NCBI GenBank assembly: GCA_031409335.1
Contig: JANNWY010000039.1
Coordinates: 1 to 53,682, forward strand
DNA: 53,682 nucleotides
Direction: 5' to 3'
Source: Chthoniobacteraceae bacterium
GTDB lineage: Bacteria > Verrucomicrobiota > Verrucomicrobiia > Chthoniobacterales > Chthoniobacteraceae
Positions 19,840-28,601 of this stretch are shown in pieces. The notes below the pieces were generated by a model, which saw only the letters and a list, made by a program, of their open reading frames with translations, had not been told where the DNA came from and searched no databases. A program made the position numbers and the translations under genes. Position 1 is the first letter of the stretch. Every line of letters starts with the position of its first letter.

Positions 19840-21054
19840 TTACAGCGCGTCCCGCAGTAGATCGAAGATCGCCGTGTTTTCGAGAAACCCGTGGAACTTT
19901 TCCGCGCCCGGACCCTTCGCCGCCGCGATCACATCCTCGGCTGTATTTAGCGCCGATACGGTTTGGAAAGCCGCAGGTTCATTGCCTTTCGCAGGCGGAC
20001 CATTCGGCCCGGTCGCCCAAGTCAGTGAGGGATAGCCCGAGGCAGTCGTTCCCAGCAGCGCGACACCGTGATCCTGACGCAGCGGATACCCATTCAAACT
20101 CAGTCCGCCGATGGCATGCTTGCCGACCGCCACGATCAGCGATTCATCGCCGGCATACTTCACCGCGGTTGCCACCGCGCGGTCCATTGCCAGGGTTTCA
20201 TTGATCGTGCGTTCACCCTGATTCCGGACGGCGGCCTCGGTCACCAATCCTGCATCCACGACTAGCAGATAGCCCCGGCTGTTCACTTGCAGGAACTCAA
20301 TCGCCCGCCGAACCATGTCCGAGAGTGAAGGCTGCTGGCTTCCCGATTCGATCTCATCGTTGAATGCCATCGCGCCTGCCGCAAACAATCCCACGATGCC
20401 ATGCTGATGATAGGTGGTGGCCTTCTCCAAATCCGCCTTGGTCCGCACGATCTCACACCCTTTCCTTTGCAACTCCGCCAGCAGATTGCGACCGTCCTTT
20501 CGCACGCCATTTTCGGCGGTGGGCAGGAAGTGACGCAAGCCTCCGCCGAAGGCGAGATCGATCCGCGCGTTGTCCACGAGCTGTGCTGCGATGGCATCGG
20601 AGTCCTCGGCATTGGCCGCATGTGCAAAAAACGCCGCCGGTGCGGGATCGGTGAGCTGCGCGTTTGAAACGATCCCCACCGAGCGGCCCTGCGCCTTGGC
20701 GATTTCCAGCAGCGAACGGAGCGGCTGTCCCTTGTGGTCGGATGCGATGTTACGATGATTGACCCGCACCCCAGTTGCCAGCGCAGTCGCCGCCGCCGCG
20801 GCGTCGGGCACCGCAAAATCCCGCGCCGAATTTGCCACCAGCGCAGTGTGCGGAAAGGCATCCAGCGCGAGCCGGTGCTCCGCCCCTCCTTCATAAAGTC
20901 GCGCCACAGTCAGGTGCCGCGCGACCATTCCATCGCTCACGAATACGACGATGCCGAAATGCTTTTGAACCACCCACACTTGAAAATACAACACACCCAT
21001 TGCCACAAAAACCAGGAGGCAGGTGAGCGCGAGTAGTTGATTGCGTAGCTTCAT
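19840..21054 (-). CDS. Alkaline-phosphatase-fold protein, predicted catalytically inactive
   Basis: PhoA motif order is kept (SDGM, PDxAAAATALATG, GGG, PSLSDM, GYLLVV, TAEDV, ENTAIF) but the nucleophile Ser and most metal ligands are replaced; N-terminal membrane anchor. Confidence 0.85.
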   Translation of the reverse strand: MKLRNQLLALTCLLVFVAMGVLYFQVWVVQKHFGIVVFVSDGMVARHLTVARLYEGGAEHRLALDAFPHTALVANSARDFAVPDAAAAATALATGVRVNHRNIASDHKGQPLRSLLEIAKAQGRSVGIVSNAQLTDPAPAAFFAHAANAEDSDAIAAQLVDNARIDLAFGGGLRHFLPTAENGVRKDGRNLLAELQRKGCEIVRTKADLEKATTYHQHGIVGLFAAGAMAFNDEIESGSQQPSLSDMVRRAIEFLQVNSRGYLLVVDAGLVTEAAVRNQGERTINETLAMDRAVATAVKYAGDESLIVAVGKHAIGGLSLNGYPLRQDHGVALLGTTASGYPSLTWATGPNGPPAKGNEPAAFQTVSALNTAEDVIAAAKGPGAEKFHGFLENTAIFDLLRDAL

Positions 21055-21086
21055 TCCAACTGCCGGTGCGTCGCAGTGAGTCAGGC

Positions 21087-22850
21087 CTATACTTCGTGAA
21101 TCCGAAAATCGCCCGTTAGTCCAAGGCTGCGATTGTCAGCATGGGCAGCCGGGAAGAGCGGGATGGCATTGCCGGCGATGGTGACGCTGCCGATTTGCTG
21201 GGCGACAAATCCGTAGTGATCCGTGCCTCCGATGGTGCCGCGCACGATGCCTCCGATGTGAATGCTCGCGATCCTCGAAACGACAGTGCTGCCTGCGACG
21301 ATGGCATCACCGGCAGTTCCAAAGAATGGCGCTCCCGCATTTTCGACGCCCGCGACAATGCTGCTATTGAACCAGCTTCCCAGCACATTGACGGGACCGA
21401 TGCTGGCGTTCCCATTTTCCGCGACATCGCCGGCACCGTATCCAGCGAGGACCAGGGTGCTTGCGACACTGCCCGCGACGCTGAGTGACGCGATCGCATT
21501 TCCCCCGGCGGGCAGACCTGTCGCGCGAATGACGAAGAACGAATCGCCGTAGCTGCGAATCTCCCCGCCAATGCTGATGGGTCCGATAGTTCGGCCTGCT
21601 AGAATGCTGCCATTGAAAGAGCCGAAAGCACTCAGAGCGTCTCCTCCGATGCGAACGCTCGCGATACTGCCACCAACGCTCCAGATGGTGCCAGTTCCGG
21701 CGATGGTGTTATCCGAACCGCCCCCGCTCAAATTTCCGCCGATGACTACCGCACCGAGATTCCCACTGCTCACGATCGAGCCACTATCGCTGGCAGTCCC
21801 GCCGAAGAGCGAGCCACCGATGCTGATGGCGCCGATGCCGCTGGCGGAATCGACGTGCCCGGAAAATTGCCCGCCTCCGCCGAATACATCGCCGATGATG
21901 CGAATGCTGCCGATGCTCCCACTGCTCGCGATGCGCGCACTACTATCGCCAGAACCACCCACGAGGGAACCGCCGACGGTCAATGCGCCAATGCGCGTGC
22001 CCGCACCCACAGTGCCGGAGCGTTCACCGTCGCCGCCGACCAGATTGCGGCCGATCTTGACGGTGCCAATCGTCGCGCCGAAGACCGAACCGGAATCGAT
22101 CTCCGAACCGCCGCGCAGCGAACCCACAATGGTGACCGAACTCACACTACCACCATTGCTGCCAAGCAACCCGCTCGATTGTTTGTTACCAAAGACTGAG
22201 CCGCGGACCAGGATCGAGCCGATGTTTCCTCCCGCGACAATGTTGCCGCCAAACGCTCCCGGTCCCGCCACGACCGAGCCGCCGACGAACACGCTGCCAA
22301 TGCGGGCATCTGCCACGGCACTCGCCTCCACTTGGAGATTCGCGCCCGCAAAATCCGTGGCGACGATCACTGCGCCGATCGCACCACGCACCGTGGAAAC
22401 CGCCGGAGTGACTCCCGCGAGCGTGTCGGCGACTCCCATGGAGACCAGCGTGAGGCTGCGAAGACCGAATGTATTCGTCGCAGTATCGCCTGCGAGAAGG
22501 GTGCCGATGTCGCCGTGAATGTTGACGATTCCCAAGTCGATCCCCGTCGCATCGAGGACGCCGATATTCATCAGCCCGTCACCATCGCCAGCGATCCGCG
22601 CCTTGACGGTGATATTCGTCCCCGCCGCTTTGAAGAAGCCGGAGAGGTCGATCTTGTCGAGATGATCGCCAGCTCCACTCGCGGTCGTCGGGAGGATGGA
22701 CGCGATATTCGTGGCCGTGAGGATGGGTTTAGAAAATCGCACGCTGACTAGGTCGCCATCCTCGTCCGTATAGGTGCCGATGAGCGGATTGACGAAGACC
22801 GCGGCGGGCGCAATGCGATGTTCCAGGAGTTCGATGTAGTGAGTGGGCAT
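21087..22850 (-). CDS. Secreted Gly-rich beta-solenoid repeat protein with LEPR-XLL-like leader
   Basis: N-terminal IELLEHRIAPA; about 29-aa repeats of the form IGSIxIGGSLxGGxGxxSGxI. Confidence 0.75.
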   Translation of the reverse strand: MPTHYIELLEHRIAPAAVFVNPLIGTYTDEDGDLVSVRFSKPILTATNIASILPTTASGAGDHLDKIDLSGFFKAAGTNITVKARIAGDGDGLMNIGVLDATGIDLGIVNIHGDIGTLLAGDTATNTFGLRSLTLVSMGVADTLAGVTPAVSTVRGAIGAVIVATDFAGANLQVEASAVADARIGSVFVGGSVVAGPGAFGGNIVAGGNIGSILVRGSVFGNKQSSGLLGSNGGSVSSVTIVGSLRGGSEIDSGSVFGATIGTVKIGRNLVGGDGERSGTVGAGTRIGALTVGGSLVGGSGDSSARIASSGSIGSIRIIGDVFGGGGQFSGHVDSASGIGAISIGGSLFGGTASDSGSIVSSGNLGAVVIGGNLSGGGSDNTIAGTGTIWSVGGSIASVRIGGDALSAFGSFNGSILAGRTIGPISIGGEIRSYGDSFFVIRATGLPAGGNAIASLSVAGSVASTLVLAGYGAGDVAENGNASIGPVNVLGSWFNSSIVAGVENAGAPFFGTAGDAIVAGSTVVSRIASIHIGGIVRGTIGGTDHYGFVAQQIGSVTIAGNAIPLFPAAHADNRSLGLTGDFRIHEV

Positions 22851-22947
22851 GGATATTTGCGAAACGAGTTGCGGTTTCTCTCACTTTTCCGCAGGACCGG
22901 CAATCGACTTCCGCTTGCGGCAGTGCCACGTTGCCTGGCATCAGTGT

Positions 22948-23598
22948 ATGAATCCTTCGTTTTCGCAGCCACCTCCATCGCGCTTTAGCTGGAAGATGAC
23001 GCTCGTCGCCATCGTGGCGATCATCGCCGGAGTGAGCGCGTGGATTTTCCATCGCATCGAGACATGGCCCGAGCGGACTGCATCCCAAGTGAGCAAGGCA
23101 TTCGCGGAACTCGGCCATTTGCAGCCACGCATCACGATCAAGGACCGCGTGTTTTTCGAGCAAACAAAAGCCGTGCTGGAACTCGCGGTCGTATCGCGGG
23201 AGACGCAAGTCGAGCGCGAAATGGAGCATGAGTGGCTCGGCAGCAAAAAGCGCATTCGGCTGCGCGGGACATATCAGGTGCGAGCAGGCTTCGATCTAAA
23301 TGAGCCATTCACCGTGCATGTGGACGGACGCCGCATCGAGACACAAATGCCGCCGCCAAAGATCCTGAGCGTCGATGCCAAGGACATCGAAGTGACCGTC
23401 TTCGAAAACGGACTCTGGAACAAAATCAGCCCTGCCGAACTCGAGGGCGAACTCCGCGCCCTACCCATGCTCGCGCGGCAGAAGGCGGGGGAAGCCGGGT
23501 TGCAAAAGGAGGCATTCGATGCCTTCACAGCGCGCGTGCGGGATAAGTTTGCGCCGGACTACGAAGTCGAGGTGAAGATCAAGCAGCCGCTGGACTAA
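22948..23598 (+). CDS. DUF4230-like membrane-anchored protein
   Basis: One TM helix, then LELAVV...GTYQVRAGFDL...MPPPKILSVD...NGLWNKI. Confidence 0.75.
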   Translation: MNPSFSQPPPSRFSWKMTLVAIVAIIAGVSAWIFHRIETWPERTASQVSKAFAELGHLQPRITIKDRVFFEQTKAVLELAVVSRETQVEREMEHEWLGSKKRIRLRGTYQVRAGFDLNEPFTVHVDGRRIETQMPPPKILSVDAKDIEVTVFENGLWNKISPAELEGELRALPMLARQKAGEAGLQKEAFDAFTARVRDKFAPDYEVEVKIKQPLD

Positions 23599-23631
23599 AC
23601 AACATCGGTGGCGTCGCTCCACCACCCCTAG

Positions 23632-23849
23632 CTGCCTGTTGAATAACCCTTTTCAGCGCCGTAGGCGCGGCACGTTTATAGAATTTGACGAACAACCGGA
23701 CAGCTCCGTAGGAGCGGCATATGCCCGCAAAGCAAGCATCCATGCCGCTCCTACGGAGCTTCGCCAGTTTTTCCCGTGGTTCTATAGACATGCCGCGCCT
23801 ACGGCGCTGTGGCTCCGATTCCGGGGTACCCGAGTTTTTCAACAGGCTG
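23632..23849. mobile_element. MITE 2 (218 bp), same termini as MITE 1, containing four REP-like arms
   Basis: TIRs CTGCCTGTTGAATAA / TTTTTCAACAGGCTG; CTAG on both sides (23628-23631, 23850-23853); nested inverted repeats 23654-23672/23791-23809 and 23702-23720/23742-23760. Confidence 0.88.
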
Positions 23850-23871
23850 CTAGCTGCTCCTCAATCAGGTG

Positions 23872-25149
23872 TTAGACCGGCGATTCCGCGGTCAACGCGG
23901 TGCGGATTTGCCCGGCTGTGACTTCGCCTTCCCACCGGCTGATGACCACGGTGGCGAGGGCGTTCCCGATGAGGTTGGTGATTGCACGGCATTCACTCAT
24001 GAAACGGTCGATGCCTACCAGCAATGCGAGGCTTTCGATGGGGATGCCGGGGACGACTGCGAGTGTCGCGGCCAGTGCTACAAAACCGGCGCCGGTGACG
24101 CCTGTCGCTCCTTTCGATGAAAGCATCGCGACCAAGAGGAGCCAGAGCTGTTGCTTCAGGTCCAGCGGCGTATTCGTGGCTTGGGCGAGAAAGACGGCCG
24201 CCATGCTCATGTAGATATTGGTGCCATCAAGATTGAAGCTGTAACCCGTGGGTATGACCAATCCCACGGTGCTGGGAGCACAGCCGAGGCGCTGCAATTT
24301 CTGGATGATGCCTGGGAGCGCGGTCTCGCTGGAGCTGGTGCCCAGCACGAGGAAGAGTTCTTCTTTGATATAGAACAGGAGTCGGACGATGGAGAATCCG
24401 GCAGCGCGGGCAATCAGGCCGAGGACAACGAAGATGAAGAACGCCGCGGTCAGGTAGAACCCGGCCATCAAAGCCAGCAGCTTGTTGAGTGATGCGATGC
24501 CGTAGCTGCCCACGGTGAATGCCATGGCTCCAAATGCGCCGATGGGTGCAAGCTTTACGATCCGGCCCATGATGCCAAAGAAGAGCTGGGAAATGGTATC
24601 GAGGGCATGAAGGATCGGACGTCCGCGTTCGCCGAGGGCGCTGAGGGCGAAGGCAGTGAGGATGGCGATCAGGAGCACCTGGAGCAAATCACCCTTGGCA
24701 AAGGCATCGAAAAAACTCGTGGGGATGATGTTCATCACGAAATCGACGCTGCTGATGGCATCAGCCTTGCTGGCATAAGACGCACCGATCTTTGGATCGA
24801 GTGAAAGTGGGTCGATGTTGAAACCTACTCCGGGCTTGAGGATATTGACGACAACGAGACCGATGATGAGCGCCAGCGTGGAAACCACTTCAAAGTAGAT
24901 CAGGGTCTTGCCACCGATGCGCCCAAGTTTTTTCAAGTCCGACATCGAGGCGATGCCATGCACGACCGTGCAGAAGATGATCGGGGCGATGATCATCTTG
25001 ACGAGCTTGTTGAAGCCGTCGCCAAGCGGCTTGAGAGGCTTGGCAAACTCGGGATGGGTATGGCCAAGCAGGATGCCAAGCGCGACCGCGATGAGAACCT
25101 GGACATAGAGAATGCAGTACCACGGGACGCGGGCGGGGAGGGGATTCAT
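23872..25149 (-). CDS. dctA: C4-dicarboxylate:H+ symporter (DAACS family)
   Basis: [50 protein letters not shown]. Start placed at ATG 25149. Confidence 0.93.
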   Translation of the reverse strand: MNPLPARVPWYCILYVQVLIAVALGILLGHTHPEFAKPLKPLGDGFNKLVKMIIAPIIFCTVVHGIASMSDLKKLGRIGGKTLIYFEVVSTLALIIGLVVVNILKPGVGFNIDPLSLDPKIGASYASKADAISSVDFVMNIIPTSFFDAFAKGDLLQVLLIAILTAFALSALGERGRPILHALDTISQLFFGIMGRIVKLAPIGAFGAMAFTVGSYGIASLNKLLALMAGFYLTAAFFIFVVLGLIARAAGFSIVRLLFYIKEELFLVLGTSSSETALPGIIQKLQRLGCAPSTVGLVIPTGYSFNLDGTNIYMSMAAVFLAQATNTPLDLKQQLWLLLVAMLSSKGATGVTGAGFVALAATLAVVPGIPIESLALLVGIDRFMSECRAITNLIGNALATVVISRWEGEVTAGQIRTALTAESPV

Positions 25150-25318
25150 TGGCCGGCTGGGTTTGGAAAATGGTTCACGCGCGGCAGGGTATCGAACGGA
25201 ATCGACCACGGGTCGATTCCGGAATGATGGCTGTCGTGAAAGCCAATTGACGCGGAACGAATTGGAGTGTTCTCCGTCCAGATCGGAGTATTGCCACTGC
25301 GTTCGAGAAGATGGCAAC

Positions 25319-25565
25319 TCACCAGTGGAACCATTTGGCGATGCCCGTGGGGCCATTGGCCAGTTCATGGCAAAAGGCCATTTGGCCGAGGTTGTTGAGG
25401 CTGTTTGGGGATACTCCCGCGCCTGTGACGATAGATCCAAAGGGTGGAGCGCCGACCATGATGACTTCACTCGTAGTCGCGTCGTCACCAATGAAGACGC
25501 CACCGCCCCCGGCGTCGAGACCCGCGCCGAATGCCACCATGCCCGAGTCGTTGATTGAGGGTTGG
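25319..25565 (-). pseudogene. 3' fragment of an NxxGxxAF tandem-repeat surface protein
   Basis: [11 protein letters not shown]...GGGGVF...[10 protein letters not shown]; the 5' part is replaced by IS3-derived sequence. Confidence 0.55.
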
Positions 25566-25848
25566 CAGGAAAGTAAAATCACTCTGCAAGATCATGCCGG
25601 GTCGATCGGGTGCGGGCACTTTTGCCAGCCAGTTTTCGGCGACTTTGTGGGCGTGGCGGCGGTCTGTCGTCTGCGGGCGAAAGCGGCGTTTTTGCGCGGG
25701 TCGCAGTGCCGCGTCGCGCTGCTCCGGGCTCTCGGCCTCGGGCGTTTTCGGTTGAGCCAGCCCTCGTCCAGCCTTGGCTTTCTTGATCCATTCGCCCAGC
25801 GACCAGGTCGAGAGGCCCAGATCGCGAGAGACCTCGCTCTGGCTGCGC
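25560..25848 (-). pseudogene. IS3-family remnant, distal part (end of orfA joined to an orfB fragment)
   Basis: RSQSEVSRDLGLSTWSLGEWIKK (OrfA HTH)...SPEQRD joined to [44 protein letters not shown] (start of an integrase core). Confidence 0.8.
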
Positions 25849-25909
25849 GGTAGTGCCTCAGTTTGAAAAACCGCTCGCGAAAATGTGAGCGCTCAAGCAT
25901 GGTGCGTCC

Positions 25910-26215
25910 ATGCAGAAGAAAAAGCTCCCTCGCGATGCAAACGCACTCGCCGCCCGAATCGTGGCGATGTCCACCGGGACCGAGCCTTCAGACCTTTCGG
26001 CGGTCACCGGCGCGCAAGTCGGCAATCCGCCGATTCTTCCCGAGGAGAATCCTGCAAAGCCAGAGAAGGAGAAAAATCCCGCAGCGGTTGCACTCGGAAG
26101 GCTTGGCGGATTGAAGGGTGGAAAGGCGAGGGCGGAAAAACTCTCCAAAGAAAAGCGCGCCGAGATCGCAAAAAAGGCCGCCTCTATTCGATGGCAGCAT
26201 CGGGAATCTGAATAG
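25910..26215 (+). CDS. Small basic protein ('histone H1-like', KGG-like motif); IS passenger
   Basis: LPRDANALAARIV...KNPAAVALGRLGGLKGGKARAEKLSKEKRAEIAKKAASIRW. Confidence 0.8.
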   Translation: MQKKKLPRDANALAARIVAMSTGTEPSDLSAVTGAQVGNPPILPEENPAKPEKEKNPAAVALGRLGGLKGGKARAEKLSKEKRAEIAKKAASIRWQHRESE

Positions 26216-27065
26216 TCGCCGCTGGAATTGCCGCTTTTGTCTTACTCAGTTTCTTTTGAACGCTGAGAAGTTTTTTCAAGGACGGCTCAGGCTGCAAATT
26301 CTCAAGAAAAATCCCGGTCTCTTTGCGCACTGTTTCACGAACAGTTTTTCCGACGCGCTCGTGCTCTTGCTCGGCCTGTTTCTGCCCGTTCAATTCCCCA
26401 TTTTTCTTTTTCTCGGCGATCGTCTTCTTGGCGAGCTGAGCCTTGAACTCGTTTGCGGAAAGCTCAAGCCCGCTGACGCGATCCCAATAATCATCTTTTT
26501 GTGAGATACCTTTTTTCGCCTTCAACTCGGACATACTCTTGCCGTAGAGGCCGCGAATTCCAGCCGCGTGGAAGTATCCAAAGTTATCAACACCAGCTTC
26601 TTTGGCGGCCCCTCCGAGTTCAAGATTCGCCTTTTTGAGATTTTCGCGAAGCCGCTGACGCTCATCGGCATCAGAAATTATCGGCTTTGAAACTTCTTGC
26701 GCGCGAGTCTGCACAATGAAATACGCCTTTGCCCACGCGATTTGCGTTTTCCCCGCGTCGGCGTTGAGAGCAATGAGGTAGCAGGCTGTTCTGGAGAGAA
26801 CAAAGTCGATCTGCTCCCTATGCGCCCCTTTCCCGATCTCGATCATTTTCCGCACCTCCGCAAAATGATGCCTGGGCTCAACTTGAATCTTTGAGCAGTT
26901 CTCTTTGCCCTTCTCTATGATCTCCAAAAAACTGTCCCATTTGCTATACCCAAACTCTTGATACAGTTCGCGCGCTGACCAAAATTCGATTTCCTTGTTG
27001 TCGCGCTGAGTGGCCCGCCGAAGCCGCGACATCGTTTCGCTAAAACCAGTAATTGTGTTTTCCAT
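26184..27065 (-). CDS. dinD: DinD-like protein with BRO-N-type N-terminus
   Basis: EFWSAREL...GYSKW...HHFAEVRKMIEIGKGAHRE...LSRTACYLIALNAD...AYFIVQTR...GLYG...ELSANEF...HERVGKTVR. Confidence 0.82.
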   Translation of the reverse strand: MENTITGFSETMSRLRRATQRDNKEIEFWSARELYQEFGYSKWDSFLEIIEKGKENCSKIQVEPRHHFAEVRKMIEIGKGAHREQIDFVLSRTACYLIALNADAGKTQIAWAKAYFIVQTRAQEVSKPIISDADERQRLRENLKKANLELGGAAKEAGVDNFGYFHAAGIRGLYGKSMSELKAKKGISQKDDYWDRVSGLELSANEFKAQLAKKTIAEKKKNGELNGQKQAEQEHERVGKTVRETVRKETGIFLENLQPEPSLKKLLSVQKKLSKTKAAIPAATIQIPDAAIE

Positions 27066-27089
27066 GAGATGTGTTTGCTACAGGGAGTG

Positions 27090-27118
27090 GTCATAGGGAA
27101 ACAAGGCGTGTTCGTCAA
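27090..27118 (-). promoter_or_regulatory. Putative sigma70-type promoter of the dinD-like gene
   Basis: Minus strand TTGACG-N17-TATGAC, ending about 25 nt before ATG 27065. Confidence 0.5.
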
Positions 27119-27161
27119 TATTTTCTTGCGTCCTCTATGATCTCTATGTCACCGTCTCAGA

Positions 27162-27572
27162 ATGAATTTAAGACGAGAATTTGAGAAGCTCATAGAGAAA
27201 AAAAGAGTTGAAATCGCCGAGGCTCAGAGGGCCATTGACGCAGGCCAAGCCTACATTCAGGCGATGGTTGACGCGATCAAGAAGCTGCCGAAAGAAGATT
27301 TGGCGAGCATCTCTCCCGTACGAGCGGGAAGTGAGGTTGAAAAGGTGCGCGAGGTAATTTTACAGGCAGGAAAGCCCCTCCATTTGGGAGAAATCATTGC
27401 CGCCCTTGGCAAACCCGACGATGCCGAATCGAAAGCGAAAATTGCGGGTCTTCTGGGATGGTACACGAGCAAGGGTAAGGTTTTCACTAAAACGGCTCCG
27501 AATACCTACGGGCTGGTTGAGGCTCATCCGCCCAACCCGGATATACCTCCCGACTTTGGCGCAGGAGATTGA
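27162..27572 (+). CDS. Coiled-coil plus winged-HTH protein (HARE-HTH-like), putative regulator
   Basis: N-terminal coiled coil; VILQAGKPLHLGEIIAAL...KVFTKTAPNTYGL. Confidence 0.7.
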   Translation: MNLRREFEKLIEKKRVEIAEAQRAIDAGQAYIQAMVDAIKKLPKEDLASISPVRAGSEVEKVREVILQAGKPLHLGEIIAALGKPDDAESKAKIAGLLGWYTSKGKVFTKTAPNTYGLVEAHPPNPDIPPDFGAGD

Positions 27573-27581
27573 AAAGCTAAC

Positions 27582-27610
27582 TTGACCGCTCATGCAGCAT
27601 CGTTCAATTT
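27582..27610 (+). promoter_or_regulatory. Putative promoter giving a leaderless transposase mRNA
   Basis: TTGACC-N17-CAATTT; ATG 27617 lies 7 nt after the -10 element with no SD sequence. Confidence 0.5.
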
Positions 27611-27616
27611 GAGCGC

Positions 27617-28441
27617 ATGAACAAGCTGAGCACCGATGAACGCAAGCGGATAGTAGCCGCTCTCGTTGAGGGTGATTCCATGCGGGCCGTGAGCCGCATG
27701 ACACGGGTTGCCCGCAACACCATCAACAAGCTTCTCGTTGATCTCGGAAAGGCGTGCTCTGAATATCACGACAAGGCGTTCCGCAACCTCTCGTGCAAGC
27801 GCATCCAGTGCGACGAAATCTGGAGTTTTGTGGGCTCAAAAGAAAGGAACACGACTGCCGAAAAGAAGGAAATCGGATGGGGCGACGTGTGGACGTGGGT
27901 TGCGATGGACGCCGACTCGAAACTCATTCCGACTTGGTTCATCGGCGCCCGCGACGCTGGCGCGGCGTATCATTTCATGCACGATCTCGCCGAACGGCTC
28001 GCGAATCGCGTCCAGCTTACGACGGACGGGCACAAGGCGTATCTCTCCGCAGTGGAGGATGCGTTTGGCGCAAACATTGATTACGCGATGCTCGTGAAGA
28101 TTTACGGCAACGCGCCAGAGGGCGCAGAGGTTCGCTACAGCCCCGCTGTGTGTATGGGCGCACGCAAGGCCATCCAGAGCGGAAAGCCCGAGTTCAAGCA
28201 CATCTCCACGAGCTACGTGGAGCGCCAAGACCTCACGATGCGAATGAGCATGAAGCGTTTTGCGCGGCTCTCAAACGGCTTCTCAAAAAAGGTCGAGAAT
28301 CACGAGCACATGGTCGCGCTCCACTACATGTATTACAACTTCGCGCGCATCCATAAATCGCTTCGCGTGACGCCCGCGATGGAGGCAGGCGTTGCGGATC
28401 ACGTTTGGAGCTTGGACGAAATTATCGCCCTACTGGATTGA
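27617..28441 (+). CDS. IS1-family DDE transposase (single ORF)
   Basis: N-terminal HTH (LVEGDSMRAVSRMTRVARNTI); acidic triad in QCDEIWSFV, LTTDG and STSYVER; RFARLSNGFSKK. Stop abuts the right TIR. Confidence 0.93.
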   Translation: MNKLSTDERKRIVAALVEGDSMRAVSRMTRVARNTINKLLVDLGKACSEYHDKAFRNLSCKRIQCDEIWSFVGSKERNTTAEKKEIGWGDVWTWVAMDADSKLIPTWFIGARDAGAAYHFMHDLAERLANRVQLTTDGHKAYLSAVEDAFGANIDYAMLVKIYGNAPEGAEVRYSPAVCMGARKAIQSGKPEFKHISTSYVERQDLTMRMSMKRFARLSNGFSKKVENHEHMVALHYMYYNFARIHKSLRVTPAMEAGVADHVWSLDEIIALLD

Positions 28442-28461
28442 ATTCAAACTGAGCCACTACC

Positions 28462-28601
28462 GGCTGCGCCCGCCCATTACCAAGGCGACGGCGTTTACCT
28501 TAAACTGCCGGTCGTACCGCCGACCGGATTTCGTGCTGTGTTCGGACTTGGCTCGGCTTTTCGTCTTTGAAAGCCCTGTCCGGAAAATCGAAGACATTCC
28601 A
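28462..28601 (-). pseudogene. IS3-family remnant, left end and start of orfA
   Basis: Minus strand begins TGGAATGTCTTCGATTTTCCGGACAG (TG terminus, IS3-like end). ATG 28597 reads MSSIFRTG...GRRYDRQFKVNAVALVMGG and joins in frame with the distal part once the IS1 element and one target copy are removed. Confidence 0.8.

Larger units (their letters stand above)
25849..28461 (+). mobile_element. Complete IS1-family element with passenger genes (2613 bp)
   Basis: 19-bp TIRs GGTAGTGCCTCAGTTTGAA (25849-25867) and TTCAAACTGAGCCACTACC (28443-28461), one mismatch; 8-bp target duplication GGCTGCGC at 25841-25848 and 28462-28469. Confidence 0.95.

Noticed and set aside
25150..25503. 118-aa N-terminal extension of DctA
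   Set aside because: Runs through pseudogene and intergenic DNA; family similarity begins near ATG 25149.
27097..27122. LexA box upstream of the dinD-like gene
   Set aside because: Only one TGTTC half-site is present; no correctly spaced palindromic partner.
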